This document shows, piece by piece, positions 8,920 to 18,749 of a stretch of 41,627 nt of DNA (its first letter is position 1; the number at the start of each line of letters is the position of its first letter). Below the pieces are notes generated by a model. The model made no database searches. It had not been told where the DNA came from and worked only from the letters and a program-made list of their open reading frames with translations. The translations under genes and the position numbers were made by a program. Source of the stretch: a virus (Duplodnaviria > Caudoviricetes); the IMG/VR virus record IMGVR_UViG_3300032212_000046, positions 1-41,627 of that record; one strand, written 5' to 3'.

Positions 8920-9761
8920 TGAGTGAAGAACAGGAGATTGAAGAGCAAGACGCTGAACAAGTGTTTTATGATGCCGTTGAAAATGAAACAGTGGTTGATG
9001 ATGAATCTACGACAGAAGAGCAAGAATATTCACCCCTTGAGCAGGAGGCTCTAGATTCAGGGTGGACGCCAAAAGAGCAATTTGTTGAAAAAGGTGGTGA
9101 TGCTGAGCGCTGGAAAACTGCCCATGAGTACGTAGAATACGGAAAGCTTAAAAACGCACTAAATAATGCAAAAGCCGATCAAGATAGGATGAAAAGCGAC
9201 TTTGATAAACGTTTAGAATCTGTCAACAAAATACACAAGGCTCAACAAGAGGCACAACTTAACGCTTACAAGGAAGAGCAGCGAAGAGCAGTGGAAGAGG
9301 CTGACACAGCAGCTTACGACGAAGCGCAAAAAAAGATAGACGGGATGAAGAATGAAACGCCGCAAGAGGTACCGGCTAAAGATCCTAAAATCATTGAGTG
9401 GGAAAACAAAAACTCATGGGTTAACGACATAAAAGATCCAAGGGCACAAGAAGCCAATGATTTGTGGAATAGCTACGTGAATAGAAATCCTAATGATTCG
9501 GTTGATAACGCGCTAGCTTACATTGACAGGGTTATGGGCTTGAACGAGCGAGAAACCAACCCGCGTCGAGAAGCTCCTAGCGACACATCAAGACAAACCA
9601 CTAAAACTAAGACAAAGTCTAGCTTGTCATTTAATGATTTAACGCAAGAAGAGCGGGATTTTTACAACCAGACTAAGCATGATTTATGGGCTGATGCCAA
9701 ACATCCTAACGGAAATGTTAAAGAGTATCTTAAAGCCGTCAAAGATTCGAGGAAAGGGTAA
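8919..9761 (+). CDS. putative capsid scaffolding protein
   Basis: Acidic N-terminus, GW.PKE.F motif, long coiled coil; between portal and capsid. Confidence 0.7.
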   Translation: MSEEQEIEEQDAEQVFYDAVENETVVDDESTTEEQEYSPLEQEALDSGWTPKEQFVEKGGDAERWKTAHEYVEYGKLKNALNNAKADQDRMKSDFDKRLESVNKIHKAQQEAQLNAYKEEQRRAVEEADTAAYDEAQKKIDGMKNETPQEVPAKDPKIIEWENKNSWVNDIKDPRAQEANDLWNSYVNRNPNDSVDNALAYIDRVMGLNERETNPRREAPSDTSRQTTKTKTKSSLSFNDLTQEERDFYNQTKHDLWADAKHPNGNVKEYLKAVKDSRKG

Positions 9762-10177
9762 TGAAAGAGAACAGAAACACACCAGCACAATCAAGAGAAG
9801 CAGATGCTCATAGCGCAAAAGGGCGACCAGATCGAGTTAGGTTCGGGAGTCAGAATAAGCTAGCTATCGCAAATCAATTTGTAAGAGATGGCTATCACGC
9901 CCATTTATTTGTTGACAAAGAAGGTGAAATAGAGGCAGCGCAGGCCGCATACTATGAGTTCGTAAGGGATGAGAAGGGTCGAAAGGTGACAATGGCGGCA
10001 GGCGGCGGAAGGACTCATTATTTAATGGAAATAGAGCAAAAGTACTATGATGAAGATATGAAAGCTCAAGCAGATGCTATTGATAAAAAAATGATGACTA
10101 CTAACTCTCTAAAAGATAACGAGTACTCACCAGAGGGACATAATGTAATAGCAACAAGGGATAGAGAGCAAATTTAA
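9761..10177 (+). CDS. hypothetical head-module protein
   Basis: 138-aa ORF coupled (TAATG) to the scaffold gene. Confidence 0.7.
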   Translation: MKENRNTPAQSREADAHSAKGRPDRVRFGSQNKLAIANQFVRDGYHAHLFVDKEGEIEAAQAAYYEFVRDEKGRKVTMAAGGGRTHYLMEIEQKYYDEDMKAQADAIDKKMMTTNSLKDNEYSPEGHNVIATRDREQI

Positions 10178-10367
10178 CCATTATTTGGCTATATTAACCA
10201 GTTATGGTATTATTGGCTAAATAGCGAGAGACGCTAAACAAAATCACAAAGTGCGAAGTAATAGTTATTGCTAAGCCCAAACCAGCTTGAAGATAGCGAT
10301 CTAAAAACTGATTTGAAACGAACGCCCAAACGGGTTTATTTTAAATTATTTTTTAGAGGATATTATT

Positions 10368-10904
10368 ATGGCTGGTGGATTCAGACCTGTTAATAACTTA
10401 GATGGCGCTGACTATACAGGCGGTGTCGTAACGTATGGGGTGGACTCTGGTCACGCCTCGCTCTTAGCGGTTGGCGATCTCGTTCGCATTACCGGACAAT
10501 CTGACGCTAACGGGCTGCAAGAAGTTGATGCAGCAGCAGCAGCGCAAACAATCACAGGTTGCATTGTCGCAATCGATAGAAACATCTCAGACCTAGAACA
10601 ATCTGGCTTACCAGCTTCAACGGCTGGCACGGTTAAAGTTGCAGTTGGTCGAAATTTACTTATGGAAGCTCCCACCTCAGCCGCAGTTGCTGCTGCTGAC
10701 GTTGGCGGTAACGCTGACATAGTAGCAACAGCAGCAACCGCTAGCGGCGGCCTAGTAAACTCCAATATGACAGTAAATACCGGCTCAGTTGGATCGGCTA
10801 CAGCGCAAATACGGATAGAAGGACTTAAGGACGGCGGCACAGCCGCAGGCTCTACAGTTTACTGTCGTATCAATGAATCAACTTTTGACACAGTAGGGGT
10901 ATAA
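10368..10904 (+). CDS. putative capsid decoration/cement protein
   Basis: Strong GAGGA SD; Ala/Gly-rich beta-type sequence; immediately before the major capsid gene. Confidence 0.65.
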   Translation: MAGGFRPVNNLDGADYTGGVVTYGVDSGHASLLAVGDLVRITGQSDANGLQEVDAAAAAQTITGCIVAIDRNISDLEQSGLPASTAGTVKVAVGRNLLMEAPTSAAVAAADVGGNADIVATAATASGGLVNSNMTVNTGSVGSATAQIRIEGLKDGGTAAGSTVYCRINESTFDTVGV

Positions 10905-10905
10905 C

Positions 10906-11826
10906 ATGAGTGTAATCACTACAGGTAACAGCGCTCGCCTACTACAAGAAGGAGTGCAACGGGTTTTTGGTCAGGCTTATGATTCACATGAGCAGCAGCA
11001 TTTAATGCTTTTTGACCAATCGGCCTCTAGGAAAAACTTTGAAATTGACGCCCAGTGGGAAGGTTTGGGATTAGCTCCTGTCAAGCAGGAGGCAGCAAGC
11101 ACAGCTTACGACTCTCAACAACAAGGGTTCACGCCAAAATATCCAAATCTAACTTATAGCTTGGGCTTTATTGTTTCTCGCGAAGAAATGGAGGACAATC
11201 TTTATGATTTATTTCCTAAGCGATCTAAAGCCTTAGCTTTTTCCATGAACCAAACTAGGGAAAATGTTGCTGCAAACGTCTATAATCGTGCGTTTAATAG
11301 CAGCTATCTAATGACTGGCGGAGATGGGGTTGAATTACTGTCAACCGAACACGTTAGAGGTCCGTCTGATTCAACTACGTTTAGCAATGAATTGGCAGTT
11401 GCCGCGTCATTGTCAGAGGTTTCTTTAGAGGCGTTATTAGTGCAAATTAAAAATGCTGTTGACGCAAGAGGCTTAAATATTTCGATCTCTGGTCAATCGT
11501 TAATTGTCCCGCCTGATTTATGTTTTGAAGCTGAAAGATTGTTGAAATCTAGCTTGCAAACCAACTCAGCAAACAACGACATTAACGCTATCCGGTCTAT
11601 GGGTTTATTGCCTAAAGGCAGTTTTGTTAATAATTACTTATCATCGGCTACCTCCTGGTTTGTAAAAACAAATTGTCCAATGGGTATGACGCACAACGTC
11701 AGAAAGGCGGTGCAGTTTGAGCAAGATAATGACTTTGGCACAAGCAATGCCCGCTTTAAAGCCTCTTATCGAGATGCTTTTGGGTGGACAGACCCACGCG
11801 GACTTTACGGAAGCGCTGGCGTTTAA
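10906..11826 (+). CDS. major capsid protein
   Basis: 306 aa; LIVPPDL and C-terminal DFGTSNARFKASYRDAFGWTDPRGLYGSAG typical of this HK97-fold family; followed by a terminator. Confidence 0.9.
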   Translation: MSVITTGNSARLLQEGVQRVFGQAYDSHEQQHLMLFDQSASRKNFEIDAQWEGLGLAPVKQEAASTAYDSQQQGFTPKYPNLTYSLGFIVSREEMEDNLYDLFPKRSKALAFSMNQTRENVAANVYNRAFNSSYLMTGGDGVELLSTEHVRGPSDSTTFSNELAVAASLSEVSLEALLVQIKNAVDARGLNISISGQSLIVPPDLCFEAERLLKSSLQTNSANNDINAIRSMGLLPKGSFVNNYLSSATSWFVKTNCPMGMTHNVRKAVQFEQDNDFGTSNARFKASYRDAFGWTDPRGLYGSAGV

Positions 11827-11831
11827 TTATT

Positions 11832-11850
11832 AGGGGCGAAAGCCCCTTTT
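11832..11850 (+). terminator. Rho-independent terminator after the major capsid gene
   Basis: AGGGGC-GAAA-GCCCCT then TTT. Confidence 0.85.
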
Positions 11851-11903
11851 ATGAACTATAAATATTCAATATGACCGTATGGCGGTTTATAGGAGTAAAT
11901 TAC

Positions 11904-12866
11904 ATGACTATTAGCAACTTTCCTAACGGCTTTTTAAATGGCGTAACTATACGAAACGCGCCGATTCAGCAATCACACCCCGGTCAAGTTTACTGGGTTA
12001 ATTCAACCTCTGTTCTTGCCCCAGGTGGAAAAGGTGGGGCGGATTCTGGATCTGGAACTTATAACCAGCCATTCGCGACTTTAGATTATGCTGTTGGGCG
12101 GTGCCAGCCGTCTGCTGGTGATATCATTATGTTAATGCCGGGGCATTCAGAGACTTTATCTAGCGCCACAGCTTTGGCTTTAGATGTTGCAGGTATTGCC
12201 ATCGTAGGCTTAGGCTCTGGGACTTTGAGGCCTAAATTTATACTTGATACGGCAACCACTACAACTATCTCGGTAAGTGCGGCAAATATCAGCGTTAAAA
12301 ATTGTATCTTTTCGGCAAATTTCGCAGATATTGCAGAATTATTCACACCAACAGCAGTAGAGTTTCATTGTGAGGACTGCAAGTTTACACAAGAAGCTGT
12401 CAATATGAACTTTGTTGAAATTGCAGACTCCAGTACCACAGACAATGAGATAGACGGCTTGTCTTTCCTTCGTTGTGAATGGATAGAGCCAGACACGGCA
12501 ACCACATCATTAATTAATGTTGATGCCGATATTGATCGCTTAAGAGTGGTAGATTGTGTAATCAACCTTGGAATTAACGGTGTCCTGGCTTGTATCGCTG
12601 AGGTTGCGGCTGGCAAAGACTTAACCAACGTATACATTCACGGCAACAACTGCATTAGGCTCGTTACGGCAAGCGCTGTAGGGCTTATTACGTTTGCCGA
12701 TACTACTACGACAAACACTGGCATCATGTCTAACAACACTTGGACTCATCGAGACATATTGGGTGAACTGCTGTTAACTGCTGGAACTTTGATCCACACA
12801 TTTGACAATAAGGCTAGCGGAGTAATCAACACTTCCGGCTACTTATTGCCTGCGGCTGACTCTTAA
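11904..12866 (+). CDS. virion protein with parallel beta-helix (pectate-lyase-like) fold
   Basis: AGGAG SD before ATG 11904; PFATLDYAV...GDIIMLMPGHSE cap motif then repeated x-x-N/D-C-x-F strands. Confidence 0.7.
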   Translation: MTISNFPNGFLNGVTIRNAPIQQSHPGQVYWVNSTSVLAPGGKGGADSGSGTYNQPFATLDYAVGRCQPSAGDIIMLMPGHSETLSSATALALDVAGIAIVGLGSGTLRPKFILDTATTTTISVSAANISVKNCIFSANFADIAELFTPTAVEFHCEDCKFTQEAVNMNFVEIADSSTTDNEIDGLSFLRCEWIEPDTATTSLINVDADIDRLRVVDCVINLGINGVLACIAEVAAGKDLTNVYIHGNNCIRLVTASAVGLITFADTTTTNTGIMSNNTWTHRDILGELLLTAGTLIHTFDNKASGVINTSGYLLPAADS

Positions 12867-12898
12867 TAGACGCCTCTTAATGAGGCTTGAGGTTAATT

Positions 12899-13543
12899 AT
12901 GACAAGACCTATATTGTTAGATATAGACCTAGACGACGTAGATCCAAACGGAATTGTTGAGCTGGAAACGTTAGTCGGCGCTGGAGATTTTACCATCGGT
13001 GGCGCTTTGGCTTCTGGCGGTGTCGCGACCATGGATTATGCTAGACAGTTGGTTGTAACTTCTGTCGGCAATGACTTGGGGTTGACGTTTACCGTAACTG
13101 GTACTGATCAAGATGGCATCGCATTAGTTGAAAGCGTCGCAGGAGCAAATGCTACAACAGCAGAAACGGCAGGTTATTTTAAGACTGTAATTCAGATTGC
13201 ATCAGACGGAGCAACCGCTGCCGATGTTAGCTGGGGTACGGTGGATGAGGCTAGCTCTCAATCAGTTCCTCTTAACTCTATCTCTGATTCAGGTGCTACA
13301 ATCCATGTTGATGTTACTGGGACAATTGACTTCACCATCCAGGAGAGGTTCGATAACGTTCAAGCATCAACAACCGCCATTCAGGATGCAAAATGGCAAG
13401 ATGTTACGGCTTTGGCTGATAAAACAGCCGACACAACATCAATACTAACTGTTGGGGCAAGCGCTTGCAGGGCAATGGTAAATAGCCATTCGTCTGCTGC
13501 CGAGATGCAGGTTTATATTTCACAACCTCCATACGGGGGATAA
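12899..13543 (+). CDS. putative virion structural protein
   Basis: GAGG SD; Thr/Ala/Gly-rich beta protein in the morphogenesis operon. Confidence 0.65.
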   Translation: MTRPILLDIDLDDVDPNGIVELETLVGAGDFTIGGALASGGVATMDYARQLVVTSVGNDLGLTFTVTGTDQDGIALVESVAGANATTAETAGYFKTVIQIASDGATAADVSWGTVDEASSQSVPLNSISDSGATIHVDVTGTIDFTIQERFDNVQASTTAIQDAKWQDVTALADKTADTTSILTVGASACRAMVNSHSSAAEMQVYISQPPYGG

Positions 13544-13792
13544 ATGAAAAATCGATACGTACCTGGTGATAATAACGTCATTGACGATATCACAGGATTT
13601 AAACACAAAGCTAGTGAGATGCGAATGTTAAGTGGCGAGCAAAAAGGCTTGCTTACGCACAAATCGAACTGGAATCCAGCCCATCCTCAGTTACACATTC
13701 GCCCTAGAGCGGAAGATCAAACGGTGCGAAATGTCAGACTAAGGCAGACGGATAACTTCATAACAACCGCCGTTACTCAGGATGATCTATGA
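13544..13792 (+). CDS. hypothetical protein
   Basis: 82 aa, coupled on both sides. Confidence 0.65.
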   Translation: MKNRYVPGDNNVIDDITGFKHKASEMRMLSGEQKGLLTHKSNWNPAHPQLHIRPRAEDQTVRNVRLRQTDNFITTAVTQDDL

Positions 13793-14733
13793 CGACTTCG
13801 GGAAGTGTTGATTATGAGTTGGACGCGGAGGGCCTGATAACAAAAGCTTTCCAAAAGCTAGGCATTCGAGCGGCAGAAACCCCTTTAGAAGCTTTTGAAA
13901 TTCAGGACGGGTTAAGCGACTTAAACCTAATGCTTAAATCATGGCAAATGGACGGTATGCACCTTTGGACAAGGCAAGAGGGTATTGTTTTTCTGGATGT
14001 TGGTAAAGCTGATTATTTGCTAGGCGCTTCGGGTGACGAGGCTACGTTATTAGATGATTTTATCGGTACGACAGCCACAGCGGCGCACGTAACAAGTGAC
14101 ACAGTAATAACGGTTAGTGATTCTACCGGCATGGCGGCGGCTGATTTTGTTGGGATCAAGTTAGACGACGGCACAAGGCACTGGACAACGATTGTAAGCG
14201 TTGATAGCTCCGAACAGATCACAATAACAACAGGTTTGGCAAGCGCAAGCGCGAGCGCGAGCACGGTGTTTACTTATACAACCATCATCCAAAGACCGTT
14301 AAGGATCACAAGCTCAAGGCGAAAAACATACGGCGACGATAATGAGGTACCGATTGATTCATGGTCAAGAGAAGAGTATTTCAATCAGGTTAATAAAAAT
14401 TCAGAAGGTACGGTTATAGCCACCTACTATTCACCACTATTAGTTAACGGGCGGTTTTATGTGTGGCAAACAGCCAGCAGCGCCAACGACTATATCAGGA
14501 TCTCTTTTGAGCGAACCATAGAAGACGTTGACGCAAGTACTGATACGCTGGATATCCCTGTTGAATGGCATGAGACAGTTATTTACAATTTAGCCGCTCG
14601 TTTAGTGGATAGCTATACAGTGCCATCGCAAAAGCAGCAACAAATTATAGGAAAGGCGCGATATTTTATGGATATGTCGTTAGGGTGGGATCAGGAATTA
14701 GAAAGTATAGACATACAACCAGATTTTAGATAA
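13789..14733 (+). CDS. head-tail adaptor (P22 gp4-like) with inserted beta domain
   Basis: LITKAFQKLGI...GLSDLNLMLKSW N-terminus and IP.EW.ETVIYNLAARL C-terminus; precedes the gp10-like gene. Confidence 0.75.
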   Translation: MTTSGSVDYELDAEGLITKAFQKLGIRAAETPLEAFEIQDGLSDLNLMLKSWQMDGMHLWTRQEGIVFLDVGKADYLLGASGDEATLLDDFIGTTATAAHVTSDTVITVSDSTGMAAADFVGIKLDDGTRHWTTIVSVDSSEQITITTGLASASASASTVFTYTTIIQRPLRITSSRRKTYGDDNEVPIDSWSREEYFNQVNKNSEGTVIATYYSPLLVNGRFYVWQTASSANDYIRISFERTIEDVDASTDTLDIPVEWHETVIYNLAARLVDSYTVPSQKQQQIIGKARYFMDMSLGWDQELESIDIQPDFR

Positions 14734-16217
14734 TGAAAATCCCTTTAGATATATGCAACGGTTTTTATGAGAGCGAATCTTTGCCTTTGAATAGTCAGAG
14801 GTGTGTTAATTTGCGCCCAGTGGCCCCCCAAGCGCAATCTCTAAGCAGTAAAGCCCTCCTTGGAACGGATGGAATAAAGACTTTCTCAACAAGTACGGAT
14901 GGACTTGGTCGCGGTTCAATATTGGCAGCAGCGAAGCCGTATTTTGTTAGTGGTACAAAATTTTATTCGATGAATTCTTTTGGTGTAGCAACAAATCTAG
15001 GAACGGTGGAGGGGTCTGGGTTAGTTTCAATGGCTACAAATACAACAGTGGATGGAGTGACAAAAATTGTTATCGTTGTGCCTGGGGTTACTGCTTATGT
15101 TTATAACTCATCTTCAAACGACATTACAGAGGTAACCGATCCAGACTTTCAAGTTTCAGATACCGTTGTTTTCAAAGATGGATATTTTATATTTACCGCA
15201 TCAAACGGGCTTAAGATATTCAATTCAAACCTTAATGACCCTTTAAGTTATGATGCGCTCGACACTGGCACCGCCGAAATAGATCCAGATTTAATCGTTG
15301 GCGCGATTGTTAACCACAACGAGCTTTTTGTAATGGGCGAAATTACTGGCGAGCTATTCCAAAATATAGGTGGTTCAGGGTTTCCATTCCAAAGAATCGC
15401 TGGGGCAAACATACAAAAGGGCATTGTCGGTAAGTTTGCTATGGTGTCTTTTGATAATTCTTTTGTATTTGTTGGCGGAGGGGAAAACGAACTGCCTGCG
15501 ATTTGGAAGGTTTCTGGTAGCTCTTCGGTCGTTAAAATATCTAACTCAGCTATTGATCACGCAATTCAAAAATACAGCAAGGACGAGCTTTCTAATTGCT
15601 TTGCCATGACTTATTCTAAAGATGGCAACTTTTTTGCTACTTTCACATTTGAAAGCACAAACATTGCAAGTAGAACTTTTGTTTATAACGCCACCACCTC
15701 AGCGCTAACAGGTCAAAATGTATGGCACGAAAATCAGTCTGGGTTAGGCTCTGATGGAGTGGAGGTTGACAGATGGCGAGTTCAATCGATCGTTCATGCC
15801 TATGGAAAGCTATTAGTCGGAGATTCCAAAACAAGCAAGATTGGTTATTTGGATAGCAGCACTTATGATGAGTATGGCGACACGATTTTAAGAAAGTTAA
15901 CTACCAGTCCATTTAGGCATTTAGACCAAAGTCAGTTTTGGGGGGATTTAGAACTAGTCATGCTTAACGGTGTTGGTCTCGCGTCCGGGAATGGATCAGA
16001 TCCTCATATCGCTATGAGCTTTTCAGATGACGGTGGGCGAACATTTTCAAGCGAGTTTTCAAGAAGTTACGGTAAAATAGGACAGTACGATCGTAGAACT
16101 ATCTGGAGGAGGCAGGGCAGAGTTCCTACAAACAGGGTATTGCAATTTAGAGCAACTGCACCGACAGAATTTGCTATTTATGGCGCTCACGTATGGGACG
16201 AGTTAGGAGATGGCTGA
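14733..16217 (+). CDS. tail hub / packaged-DNA stabilisation protein (P22 gp10-like)
   Basis: 494 aa; QRCVNL.P, F.DGYFIF, SFSDDGGRTFS...GKIGQY..R.IWRRQG motifs. Confidence 0.9.
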   Translation: MKIPLDICNGFYESESLPLNSQRCVNLRPVAPQAQSLSSKALLGTDGIKTFSTSTDGLGRGSILAAAKPYFVSGTKFYSMNSFGVATNLGTVEGSGLVSMATNTTVDGVTKIVIVVPGVTAYVYNSSSNDITEVTDPDFQVSDTVVFKDGYFIFTASNGLKIFNSNLNDPLSYDALDTGTAEIDPDLIVGAIVNHNELFVMGEITGELFQNIGGSGFPFQRIAGANIQKGIVGKFAMVSFDNSFVFVGGGENELPAIWKVSGSSSVVKISNSAIDHAIQKYSKDELSNCFAMTYSKDGNFFATFTFESTNIASRTFVYNATTSALTGQNVWHENQSGLGSDGVEVDRWRVQSIVHAYGKLLVGDSKTSKIGYLDSSTYDEYGDTILRKLTTSPFRHLDQSQFWGDLELVMLNGVGLASGNGSDPHIAMSFSDDGGRTFSSEFSRSYGKIGQYDRRTIWRRQGRVPTNRVLQFRATAPTEFAIYGAHVWDELGDG

Positions 16218-16707
16218 TTTAATACCGCCAAGACGTAACGAGGTTGTCACCCCTGGCGGCGGCATGACAAGAAGATTCGCTGAGTATCTAGAGTCTATTG
16301 CTTCAATAATCAATTCAACAACTAGCGAAGCTGGAACTGCTCAAGACATTGTAGTATCTACTGGAGAAAGTGAGGAAATAGCAGAGGATGAGGCGTTTTT
16401 CGCTCAAAGACCACAGCTAGAAGTCAAGGAGTGGAATGCTGTCAACCCGTCATCTCCTTACTATTCTGCATCGTTCGATTGTGTAGAGGCCGCAACCTCG
16501 ATAGTTTATTTGCCTCAATATCCAGACTTAAACGATCAAGTCATAGTTGCAAGTAATCACAACTCAAGTGTGATAGTATATAGCAATACAAACGGTTCAA
16601 ACAACAAGATTAAAATAATTGATTTAGAACAGAGCGTTACTATTACGAGAAGAGGAAACAGTTATAACTTTATCTATTTTGGTAGCGGGTACTGGCGGAT
16701 AATATGA
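16210..16707 (+). CDS. putative tail protein (needle/plug position)
   Basis: AGGAG SD; follows the gp10-like gene; C-terminal beta domain ending WRII. Confidence 0.55.
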   Translation: MADLIPPRRNEVVTPGGGMTRRFAEYLESIASIINSTTSEAGTAQDIVVSTGESEEIAEDEAFFAQRPQLEVKEWNAVNPSSPYYSASFDCVEAATSIVYLPQYPDLNDQVIVASNHNSSVIVYSNTNGSNNKIKIIDLEQSVTITRRGNSYNFIYFGSGYWRII

Positions 16708-16853
16708 GTTTTGAACTAGATAGCATTGAAAATGAGTTAGACACCAAAGAACTATTAAAGCTAATTTTAATAGAGTTAAAACTAATAAGACTTCATCACG
16801 AAGTCATAACAGGTCAAAATTTAAAACCAGAGGACGTATCAAGTGAAGATTGA
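16704..16853 (+). CDS. small hypothetical protein, 49 aa
   Basis: Manually translated MSFELDSIENELDTKELLKLILIELKLIRLHHE...; ATGA-coupled. Confidence 0.55.
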   Translation: MSFELDSIENELDTKELLKLILIELKLIRLHHEVITGQNLKPEDVSSED

Positions 16854-17400
16854 AGACGGTGGAGGCAGGAATGGGGATATGCGAATATCTGCATCCCAGC
16901 GAGGGAATGTTTCAGCAAAAACAAAAAACAGGTTATTTTATATTAGCAGGGATGATGGGTTAGCGTTTAACGCCATTATGCCGTCGTTTAGCGCGGCAGC
17001 TGGTAATTATGTTTTTTATTTAAAAAATACCTCGGATGATAAAAACATGATGATTAATCACATAGAATACCACGCTCTTCAAGCTGTCCAGTGGAGCATT
17101 TTTCAGGCGACTGGAACGGCCGCTTCTGGAACAGTTATAACCCCTGCAAATATGAATTTAGGCTCAGGTAGGGAGGCTGAGGCTATATCGATGGGCGGCG
17201 GCGCAACTATCACCGGCCTAACTATAGGTAAGCAAATAGGAACTCATCGAACAGGTGCGGCCGAAACTGGGGAAATGAGCTGGGGGGGCGGCTTGATTTT
17301 ATCTCCAAACACTGCAATCGTCATTGAATACAATGCTGGCACAACTGGATTGTGCGAGATTGATTGTCTATTTCATTATGAATCTATTGGCGACATATAA
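16843..17400 (+). CDS. putative virion protein
   Basis: GAGGA SD with GTG start; beta-sandwich-like composition. Confidence 0.6.
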   Translation: MKIEDGGGRNGDMRISASQRGNVSAKTKNRLFYISRDDGLAFNAIMPSFSAAAGNYVFYLKNTSDDKNMMINHIEYHALQAVQWSIFQATGTAASGTVITPANMNLGSGREAEAISMGGGATITGLTIGKQIGTHRTGAAETGEMSWGGGLILSPNTAIVIEYNAGTTGLCEIDCLFHYESIGDI

Positions 17401-18023
17401 TGTCAATCAATGTCTCAATTGCTAACGGGAGGGGTGTCGAGGCATCCGTCAACCAGGATGGAGAGTTGTCTGTTATAACCGCCTCACACCCGCCGCTTTT
17501 GGCGCAGAAGGTGCAGCCATTTAGACAGTATCTAACAGACGATGGACTATCGTCCGGAAATAAGGATATGGGGGTTGATGGATCTATCACCAATGTCGAT
17601 TATTACATCAAAGCAAGTAGTGACTGTGACAGACATATCACATCTTTAAATTTTATTGTAGGCTATGCAACGAGTGGACAGCCTAATGAGTGGGCGGATG
17701 GAACAGCACTTGTGAACGGCATGAGATTGTTTTATGAGAATATTCGCGGCGAATCTGAAATACATGAAGCAATAAAATCGAATCAAGATATGTTCAGGTT
17801 GAGCTTTTCTCCAGTTATTACGTCGTGGGAGGTTAGGCACGTTGACGCTAATAACGATTATGGTTATTTTATTAGCGTAGACTTAACTAAAATGGGTCTA
17901 CCATTTGGCATCAAGATGGATATTGGGACAACTCAAAAACTTGTTTGCAGAATAAGAGACAATGCTGGCGCAAGCGCTAATTCCTTTAATTGCATCGCAT
18001 ATGGATTTGATAGGTTTGAATAA
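17400..18023 (+). CDS. putative virion protein
   Basis: TAATG-coupled ORF in the tail module. Confidence 0.6.
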   Translation: MSINVSIANGRGVEASVNQDGELSVITASHPPLLAQKVQPFRQYLTDDGLSSGNKDMGVDGSITNVDYYIKASSDCDRHITSLNFIVGYATSGQPNEWADGTALVNGMRLFYENIRGESEIHEAIKSNQDMFRLSFSPVITSWEVRHVDANNDYGYFISVDLTKMGLPFGIKMDIGTTQKLVCRIRDNAGASANSFNCIAYGFDRFE

Positions 18024-18364
18024 TGGCTAAAGTATCCGCAATATTTAAAACAGAGTCACAATTATCGACAACCGGCACAACTTTAGTGTCTACCACGGTT
18101 GCTGGTGAGGTAAAGACGGTTTCAACAGCTTCTTTTTTTAATACGTCAACATCGGACGCGCAAACAGTAAAGGTTTATAGGCATTTAACAGCTAATGCTA
18201 TAGCAGACACGAATCTGGTTGAAGAAAAAGCAATCCCTCCACGAAAAGCCTGGAATTGCATTATTGCACAGGGTAAGGTTATTCCTGAGAATTACTCCTT
18301 AACGGCAACAGCAACTACAGAAAGTACGGTTAACGCCGAATGCGAGGGGGTTTCGTCGACATGA
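18023..18364 (+). CDS. putative virion protein
   Basis: TAATG-coupled, Thr-rich beta protein. Confidence 0.6.
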   Translation: MAKVSAIFKTESQLSTTGTTLVSTTVAGEVKTVSTASFFNTSTSDAQTVKVYRHLTANAIADTNLVEEKAIPPRKAWNCIIAQGKVIPENYSLTATATTESTVNAECEGVSST

Positions 18365-18747
18365 TCGTGAAAGAGATAACAAGCAATCAATCAGAAAGCG
18401 TTTTATTTGATAGCGAAATAGCGGAACGTATAGAGATGCCCGATAATAGGCCAGAGTTGCCAACTGATAATGTCGATTATATTGGTGGCTTCGTGAAGGG
18501 CTTTTTGTTTGGCGTGGTTATATTTATCTATCGCAATGGATTTACGACATGCCACATTAATGTGTTGAAAAAGTACAGGGCTAAATATTCGGTATCATTT
18601 GCAAAAAAAGCATTAAAGCTAAGAAAGTCAAAGATTGTTTATACAAACATTCCTGAAAAGTTTAAAGATGTTGCTAGATTTGCTAAGTTTTTTGGTTTTG
18701 ATCTGGTTAAAAAGATGAAAAATGAAAATATTTATAGGTTGGGCTGA
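18361..18747 (+). CDS. GNAT-like protein (P22 gp14-like)
   Basis: CHINVL..YR...YTNIPEKF..V.RFAKFFGF pattern; directly before the first ejection gene, as in P22. Confidence 0.7.
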   Translation: MIVKEITSNQSESVLFDSEIAERIEMPDNRPELPTDNVDYIGGFVKGFLFGVVIFIYRNGFTTCHINVLKKYRAKYSVSFAKKALKLRKSKIVYTNIPEKFKDVARFAKFFGFDLVKKMKNENIYRLG

Positions 18748-18749
18748 TT

